DNA of 64,000 nucleotides from Myxococcota bacterium (GTDB lineage: Bacteria > Myxococcota_A > UBA9160 > SZUA-336): contig CBDFGR010000003.1 in NCBI GenBank assembly GCA_965247115.1, positions 288,001 to 352,000 on the forward strand, given 5' to 3'. Each line of letters opens with the position of its first letter. The stretch's first letter is position 1. A program made the position numbers and the translations under genes. The notes below the pieces were generated by a model. That model was not told the origin of the DNA. It ran no database searches and worked only from the letters and a program-made list of their open reading frames with translations. Positions 57,457 through 64,000 of the stretch are shown here, piece after piece.

Positions 57457-58536
57457 CAGCCCTCGCAGAGGGCCAGGGACAGTCGGCAGGTCGCGTTCGC
57501 CAGGCCGACCACACCGAGCAGCTCCACGAACTGCGCCTCCGTGAGCTGCTCGCGCAGCTTTCGGCCGCGGCGCTGGATGTCCGCGGGGCGAGGGCGAATG
57601 GTCTCGCGCGCGAACGGGACGATGGCCGCCTCGATCGGATCGAGCTCCGGCGAAGCGAGATGGGAGAGGACCTCCTGGACCTTGCCCTCGTCGAGGCCGT
57701 TCTGTGTGAGTGCGTTCGTTGCCTCGCGTTCGCAGCGCTTGCTATCCAGCCCACGCGCCACGACGGCAAACACCAGGGCCTTCGCCCGCTCGGTGAGGAT
57801 CGGCGAGCTCAAGGCGCTGTCGAGGAGCTGACGGGAGGTGCGCGCGATCGGCAGCCCGTCGAGCTCGTTCGTCAGATAGGAGAACAGTCCCGACTTCAGC
57901 TCTGGCGGCAGGAATTCCGGCTGGCCCTGCTGGAAGTGCGAGCGGAGGTACATCGCGACCAGGGGTCGGAACAGCTTCACGAACCAGCGCTCCTCGAGTG
58001 GCCGCTCCAGCGGCATCGCGGGCAGGGTCGTGATCCGATTACCCATGACTGTGAAGGCCGCCACGTAGGCGATCTCCTTGACGGACTCCTCGCTGTAGCC
58101 AGCTTCTCGCAGGGCGTCTCTCTCGGCAGCGGCGGGCGGCGGATTCGCGCGCGAGACCTGGCGAGCAAAGTCGAGGGCCAGCCGTTCCCTGGGGTCGTCC
58201 TCTGCGGTAAAGGACATGTCTTCCAGCCGCTGGATCCGCTCCTCGTCGAATCCCTGGATCCGGAGCAGACTCCGCTGGGAGCCGTAGCAGAACCGGCAAG
58301 AATTGTCCTGGCTGACGACCAGGAAGATGAGATCGGCAAGCGCGAGGTCGGTGTGGACGAGCTGGCGGGTGCGGTAGGACGTTCCGGAGCTGCGCGCGAG
58401 CCAGGGGACAGGGCTGAAAGAAGGAAATCGTGGGCAGAACGAACCCGCCCGCCTTGCGGATCTCCCGTTCGACCGCCTTGTCCCTCCTGGGCTCCAGGAG
58501 GCACTCCTCCCACTCGATCTCCTGTGTGGCGCTCAT
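57456..58536 (-). pseudogene. Tandem AhpD/CMD-like protein, frameshifted at 58404-58407
   Basis: Removing one base joins MSATQEIEW..QPCP to WLARSS..VSQDNSCRFCY..MSFTAEDD. Confidence 0.75.
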
Positions 58537-58684
58537 CGCTCCATCCTCGGTCGTCGACCGGCTGTGGTCAAGATCCGCGAACCCCCGTCCCTCGCCTTGC
58601 TCCTCCATAATAGGCGTGAGCGGCATCCTGCGCGGGGGGGCGGCGCGGAGCGGCTATTTGACACCTCCACAGGGGATTCGGGAG

Positions 58685-61105
58685 ATGCATACCGCCATTG
58701 CGGCAAGCGTGGCGATGCTGCTCCTGCTCAGCGGAGCTGCCCTGGCGCAGGAGGTTGCGAAACAGGAGCCCCCGGGGGCGCAGAGTACCGGGCTGGCGGC
58801 GAGGAGGGCTCCACAGGCGATCGAGGAGCTCGTCATCACCGCGCGGAAGCGCGAGGAGCCGGGCCAGAGCGTACCCATCTCGATTAGCGCGTTTACCGGC
58901 GACGAGCTCGATCAGGCCCAGATGCGCAACCTGCTCACCGTAGGGGAGCTGACGCCGAACCTGGAGATCCAACAGGTTTACCCCAACTCGAGACCGGTCA
59001 TCCGCATCCGTGGCGTCGGCACCTTTGACCAGTTCACCCCGGAAGTCGTGGGCTCGGTGGGCGTCTACAAGGACGGCGTGTACCTGTCGTTGGCGACGGG
59101 TCTGCTGTTCCAGACGTTCGATCTCGACCGGATGGAAGTCCTTCGCGGACCGCAGGGGACGCTATACGGCAAGAGTGCGACGGCCGGTGCGATCAACTTT
59201 CACTCGAAGATGCCTGGCGACGAGTTTGGCGGCTACTTCCAGGCCAGCTACGGGAACTGGAACACGTTTAACGTCGAGGGCGCCGTCAACGTCCCAATCA
59301 ACGAGAAAACTGCCGCGCGCGTGTCCTTTGCGCGGCGGAAGTCGGACGGCTGGATGGACAACCACGGACCAGGCCACGATTCCCTGTGGGACGACGACCA
59401 CTGGGGGGTACGGGGACTGCTCAGCTACCAGCCAAACGAGAACCTCAGCCTGCTCCTGAACGCGCACGGGGGGCGGCTGAAGACCGACTGGGCCTATGCT
59501 TCCAGAGGGCTCATGGATCCCGATGATGTTGATTCCAGGAGTTTCAACTTCATTGACCCTGACACTGGAGGGTTCAGGCCGGAGGGTCCGTTCAACTGTC
59601 CGACGAGCATTTTCCAGGGAGGCTGCGCGGATCTTACCGGTCACGTGGGAGGCGGTGAGAAGAGCCTGCGTGATGTCCAGACGCCCGAGCCCGTCATGGA
59701 ACAGATCGATCTATGGGGCACCTCGCTGACTGCTAACTACGACATGGACACTCGTTGGGGACCCGTTACCGTGACCTCGATCACGGCCTACGAATCCGCC
59801 CGAGCGAAGCTGTGGGAGGACACCGAGGCCGGCCCCTTTTGGCTCTTCAACTACAGAGCGGATGCGTTTAGCTACCAGTTCACGCAGGAGCTACGCGCGG
59901 CGTCATCCGGAGACGGTCCTCTGCAGTGGCTCGGAGGAGCGTGGTTCTTCCGCTCGAACATAAGACCCCGGGTGGACTCGTACTCTCCCCCGGACGGGAC
60001 GATCGGTGGGACTTTCGGGCTTTCGACGAAATCCCTGAGTGGGGACAAGTTCCTCACAGAGAACTACGCCTTCTTCGGGCAGCTGAGTTACGACGTGACC
60101 GAGCGACTCCGCCTCACCGCGGGGCTTCGCTACAGCTGGGAGCGGAAGCAAAGCCGGCAATACTCCTTCGTCTACACGGAGTACGGCCCCACACCGGACG
60201 AGGGTATCTCCTCGGGACACCCTTGCGGCCCCGCTCCGGAGCAGCAGGATGCGTTGGCGTGCGGACCGGGCAGGAATGAATCCGACAGCTGGGACGCCCT
60301 GAGCGGACAGTTCGTGCTCGACTACCAGCTTGCAGATGACATCATGCTGTACGCGAGCTACAGGCGGGGCTTCCGGAGTGGCGCATTCGGCGTTCCGTTG
60401 AGTAATGACGCCAGGATGGTCCGGATTGCCGCCGGCAAGAGCCTGGACACCGCGGTCGACGAGGAGATCCTGAAATCCTATGAGGCGGGGATCAAGTCGA
60501 TGTGGCTCGACCGGCGCCTTCGCTTCAACTTCAGCACCTTCCTCTACGACTACGATGATCTGCAGGTCGTAACGACCGTTCTCATAGGAAGACGGATCCG
60601 GACAATCCTGGAAAACGCATCTGACGCGAAGATCTGGGGAGGCGAGATCGACATGATGGCCCGGCCCCTTCCCGGGCTGGAGATCCGGGCGGCGGGAGCG
60701 TGGCTGAGCACGGAGTACAAGGACTTCGTATCGGTCACGCAGGCGGCAGACTTCTCGGGCAAGGAGATGATGTCTGCCCCCAATTACTCAGGAAGCGGGA
60801 CGATCTCCTATGAACGCAATCTCTGGGACGGCGTGCTGCGAGGGCAACTGGCCGCGAGCTATTCCGACGAGGTCTTCTACGCCGCGACCAACAGCAAGCG
60901 GAGTAGGCAGGGGCCTGTCTGGCTAGTGAACGGCAACCTCTCCTATCTGCTTCCCGACGAGCGAACGGAGATCAGCGTCTGGGTGAGGAACTGGGGGGAC
61001 AAGGAATACATCGCGAACTTTTTCGACATCTCCGGGTTCGGTTTCGATCAGGTCTTGTCCTCGAGGCCCCGCCACTACGGAGTTACCGTGAGGTACTCCT
61101 TCTGA
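58685..61105 (+). CDS. TonB-dependent receptor
   Basis: IEELVITARKREE, EVLRGPQGTLYG and C-terminal RYSF. Confidence 0.95.
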   Translation: MHTAIAASVAMLLLLSGAALAQEVAKQEPPGAQSTGLAARRAPQAIEELVITARKREEPGQSVPISISAFTGDELDQAQMRNLLTVGELTPNLEIQQVYPNSRPVIRIRGVGTFDQFTPEVVGSVGVYKDGVYLSLATGLLFQTFDLDRMEVLRGPQGTLYGKSATAGAINFHSKMPGDEFGGYFQASYGNWNTFNVEGAVNVPINEKTAARVSFARRKSDGWMDNHGPGHDSLWDDDHWGVRGLLSYQPNENLSLLLNAHGGRLKTDWAYASRGLMDPDDVDSRSFNFIDPDTGGFRPEGPFNCPTSIFQGGCADLTGHVGGGEKSLRDVQTPEPVMEQIDLWGTSLTANYDMDTRWGPVTVTSITAYESARAKLWEDTEAGPFWLFNYRADAFSYQFTQELRAASSGDGPLQWLGGAWFFRSNIRPRVDSYSPPDGTIGGTFGLSTKSLSGDKFLTENYAFFGQLSYDVTERLRLTAGLRYSWERKQSRQYSFVYTEYGPTPDEGISSGHPCGPAPEQQDALACGPGRNESDSWDALSGQFVLDYQLADDIMLYASYRRGFRSGAFGVPLSNDARMVRIAAGKSLDTAVDEEILKSYEAGIKSMWLDRRLRFNFSTFLYDYDDLQVVTTVLIGRRIRTILENASDAKIWGGEIDMMARPLPGLEIRAAGAWLSTEYKDFVSVTQAADFSGKEMMSAPNYSGSGTISYERNLWDGVLRGQLAASYSDEVFYAATNSKRSRQGPVWLVNGNLSYLLPDERTEISVWVRNWGDKEYIANFFDISGFGFDQVLSSRPRHYGVTVRYSF

Positions 61106-61126
61106 AAGCGGACATGCGCGACCGAG

Positions 61127-63541
61127 ATGACTAGAGATTCCAGGGACGCCCTGGGCCACGTCTTTGTGTTCGAGGACTTCGAGCTGTGGGCTGGGAGCTG
61201 CGAGCTGCATCGATCGGGTCGTCCCACGGATCTCCAGCTCATGCCCACAAGGCTGCTTCTCTACCTGGTAGAAAACCGCGAGCGGGTGGTGCCGAAGACG
61301 GAGCTCCTCGACGAAATCTGGCCGGACACCCAAGTGAGCGAGTCCGCTTTTACCACGGCGATAGGCAGGATTCGTCACCAGCTCGGAGACGACGGAGCTA
61401 CGCAGCGCCTTATCCAGGCTCGCCGAGGCCGCGGATATCAGTTCATCGCGGAGGTCGAAGAGCGCTGGGGGCCGAAGGCTAGAGGGGCGCAGCCCCCTGC
61501 AGTCTTGGATCGAGATCCAACTCTTCAAGGACACTCTCCCATTCGCTCGAGTCGGTTCGGTCTCCGGACCGCCCAGGGAGGGGCCTTCGTCGCCCTGCTG
61601 GCCGTCCTCGCGCTCGTCTGGTGGGCTGAGAGAGCGCCCAATGGATCGGTCAGGGCCCTCGCCTTCGAGGAACGGGACTGGGTGCTCGTCGCCGCCTTCG
61701 ACAATCGTGCCGACCAGGCGCTCTTTGATGGCACACTCGAGGCCGCCCTGACACGAGAGCTCAGCAACTCGCGCTTTGTCAATGTGGTACCTCGCGAGCG
61801 CATCCAGGACGCCCTGCGGCTCATGAAAAGACCCTTGGACACGCGCGTGGACGGCGAGGTGGGCCGTGAGATCTGCCTGCGCGACGGGGGAATCCGCGCA
61901 CTTTTGACGGGCCGCGTCGACAAGCTCGGCTCGGCGTATCTGTTGAGCGTCGAGCTCGTCGACCCAACAGAGGGGGTTACCGTAGCGAGTCTGAGCGAGA
62001 CCGCGGAGGGGGAGGAGAACGTGCTGTCGGCGCTCCAGCGGCTTGCCACGAGCGCCCGGGAAATTCTCGGCGAAGAGATCCCGCAGCTCCGCGCGAGCGG
62101 CGAGGAGTTCGAAACGGTCAGCACGACCTCGTTGCGAGCTCTTCAGCTCTTCACGCAAGCCGATGCCGCGATCCCGAGCGGCAAGAGCGACGTCGCAGAG
62201 GTGCTCCTGAAGCAGGCGATCATCGAGGATCCCGAGTTCGCCTCCGCGTACAACCACCTCGCGCACTCGCTCAGAAATCAAGGCCGACCGCAGGAGGAGT
62301 TCATTCCCTACGCCCAAAGGGCTCTGGAGCTGTCCGAGCAACTCCCCGAGCGCGAGCGCTACTTCATCGAGGGAAGCTACTTCTCTTTCCTGGGGGAACA
62401 CGACCAGGAGATACTGACCTACGAAGCGCTTCTTCAGCTCCATCCCGATCACTACTGGGCAAGCAACAATATGGCCTGGATGCTGCAACGTGTGGGCCGA
62501 TTCGAGGAAGCCATTCCGTTTTTTGTGCGACTGGCCGACCTACGGCCCCACGACTTCGCGGCAAACATGGCTGCCGGATGGCAGGTCGCATTGTTAGGAC
62601 ACCCGTCTCAGGCCGCCCTCCTGCTTGCAAAAGCAGTGGAACAACTTCCTCCACTGTCCGACCCGCCACCCTCGGGGCTCGCAGATGCGGCTGCGATGGC
62701 CCTCCTCTACCCGACCCAGGACCTCTGGCTCCGGGGAGATCTGGACCGCCTGGTAGAGGAGCTGGACCACTGGGAGAAGACGCTCCCCTCGATGCACCCG
62801 GCCCTGCGCAAGGACATGGCCTTCCATCTGTTCCTCGGCTATTGGAGCATCGGGCAGACCAGAACGGATCTCGGTGTCCTCAGTGCGTCCGCTGAGTGGG
62901 ATCGACTGTTGCGTGCGGTGGCTGTCGCCAGCGCACAAGACGATTGGACGCTGCTGCGCGAGACTCTCCAAGAGGACTCCGCAATCGAGCGCTGGTGTCC
63001 GAACGAACTGGAGTGCATCCCACTTTCCCATAGACTCGTTCAGATGCTCGCTCAAGTCGGACTCTTGACCGAGGCGCGAGAAGCACTCGCAGCGTTCGAG
63101 GCCGACGAGGTCTGGGCCTGGTATAGCGACACCACCCTCCCGGTCCTGCGCGGTGAGCTCGCCCTGGCCGAGGGAGATACGGACGCCGCCATCGCGTTGC
63201 TGGAAACGGGGCTTTCGGCCGAGCAATCTCACGTGAGCTGGATCCATCTCCCCGGATCGGTATCTCTGTCGCGTGCCTTGCTGGAGAAAGGAGAACGGAC
63301 TCGGGCCCTTCTCGTCCTGCAAGGGACGTCTGAACTCAAGTCTCGGAGCTACCACAACAGGTGGCAATGGATGAACGCTCAGCTCGTTCTTGCAGAGCGC
63401 TACCGTGAGCTGGGGTACGAGACCGAAGCCAGAGAAATCGAAGAGGAGCTACTCGGTCTGCTGGCCTACGCGGACCCGGACTTCCCCCTCCTTCTCCGAC
63501 TTCAAGATGTCAGGAACTCAACCACCCTGAACAGTGGTTGA
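61127..63541 (+). CDS. CadC/ToxR-like regulator: OmpR wHTH-TM-TolB-like-TPR
   Basis: LLDEIWPD..IGRIRHQLGD..RGRGYQF, a transmembrane segment, VLVAAFDN and TPR repeats. Confidence 0.85.
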   Translation: MTRDSRDALGHVFVFEDFELWAGSCELHRSGRPTDLQLMPTRLLLYLVENRERVVPKTELLDEIWPDTQVSESAFTTAIGRIRHQLGDDGATQRLIQARRGRGYQFIAEVEERWGPKARGAQPPAVLDRDPTLQGHSPIRSSRFGLRTAQGGAFVALLAVLALVWWAERAPNGSVRALAFEERDWVLVAAFDNRADQALFDGTLEAALTRELSNSRFVNVVPRERIQDALRLMKRPLDTRVDGEVGREICLRDGGIRALLTGRVDKLGSAYLLSVELVDPTEGVTVASLSETAEGEENVLSALQRLATSAREILGEEIPQLRASGEEFETVSTTSLRALQLFTQADAAIPSGKSDVAEVLLKQAIIEDPEFASAYNHLAHSLRNQGRPQEEFIPYAQRALELSEQLPERERYFIEGSYFSFLGEHDQEILTYEALLQLHPDHYWASNNMAWMLQRVGRFEEAIPFFVRLADLRPHDFAANMAAGWQVALLGHPSQAALLLAKAVEQLPPLSDPPPSGLADAAAMALLYPTQDLWLRGDLDRLVEELDHWEKTLPSMHPALRKDMAFHLFLGYWSIGQTRTDLGVLSASAEWDRLLRAVAVASAQDDWTLLRETLQEDSAIERWCPNELECIPLSHRLVQMLAQVGLLTEAREALAAFEADEVWAWYSDTTLPVLRGELALAEGDTDAAIALLETGLSAEQSHVSWIHLPGSVSLSRALLEKGERTRALLVLQGTSELKSRSYHNRWQWMNAQLVLAERYRELGYETEAREIEEELLGLLAYADPDFPLLLRLQDVRNSTTLNSG

Positions 63542-63673
63542 GCCTGCCCCAGGACGATCGCGTCAATGCCGAGAGGCCCTTGAGTATCGTGATCCGAATC
63601 TTGACGGGGTTTCCGCCGAGATACTTTGTTCGGCTCGACCCCCGCTAGGGACGTCGGAGCGGGGGGCGTCCGC

Positions 63674-64000
63674 TCATACGCCGCTCTCTCCCGCAGCCCG
63701 AGCGCGATCGCGGAGGGTGTGCTCGTCCTCCTCGATAAAACGCGCAGCGAGGGTGATCAGCGCCGCCGCGCCGAAGTTGGCGAGCAGCGCCACCACCAAG
63801 CCGTTGCGGAGGTCTCCCGTCGAATCCGAGATGAGCCCGACGGTGAAAGGCCCGAGCGCCAGGCCGAGCAGGGTCACGCCGAGGATGTAGACCGCCGTGG
63901 CGCTCCCGCGCATGCGCGGCAGCACCAGATCCTGGATCGTCGACCCGCCGATCCCGAGCCACGCGGCGCCGGTCAGGGCCACCAGCGCGTTCAAGGAGAA
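63674..64000 (-). CDS. MFS transporter, C-terminal part (truncated by window edge)
   Basis: QDLVLPRMRGSATA..LGPFTVGLISD. Confidence 0.85.
   Translation of the reverse strand, partial: FSLNALVALTGAAWLGIGGSTIQDLVLPRMRGSATAVYILGVTLLGLALGPFTVGLISDSTGDLRNGLVVALLANFGAAALITLAARFIEEDEHTLRDRARAAGESGV

Overview
High-GC bacterial window, probably diderm (TonB-dependent receptor, beta-barrel porins, Tat/Sec exports). It has five parts. (i) 1-14.1 kb: catabolic genes (arylsulfatase, P450, flavin monooxygenase, hydrolases, two LLM oxidoreductases, SDR). (ii) 14-24.7 kb: soxCD, a duplicated Smr locus, and a porin/membrane-LuxR/acidic secreted protein module. (iii) About 24.8-31.9 kb: an apparently lower-GC island ending at two tRNA 3' fragments (Thr, Phe). 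It carries a translationally coupled triad of TRAFAC GTPase-beta-propeller, kinase-TPR and TagF/GAP1-like genes, plus a thermonuclease; this is the best candidate for an undescribed conflict system. (iv) 32-49.6 kb: signalling genes. These include a porin-YfiR-hybrid kinase operon and a partner-switching cluster (three STAS, two RsbW, a GAF-PP2C, an ABC importer, a GOLPH3-like gene and an NCS2 permease-HATPase fusion). An IS3 interrupts a wHTH/nucleotidyltransferase pair that is preceded by three phased 21-bp palindromes. (v) 50-64 kb: mixed genes, including an atypical PQQ protein, an AhpD-like gene coupled to a non-canonical class III cyclase, and a TBDR with a CadC-like regulator. No CRISPR array, rRNA or intact tRNA was seen. 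All calls come from motif reading by eye; no database searches were run.
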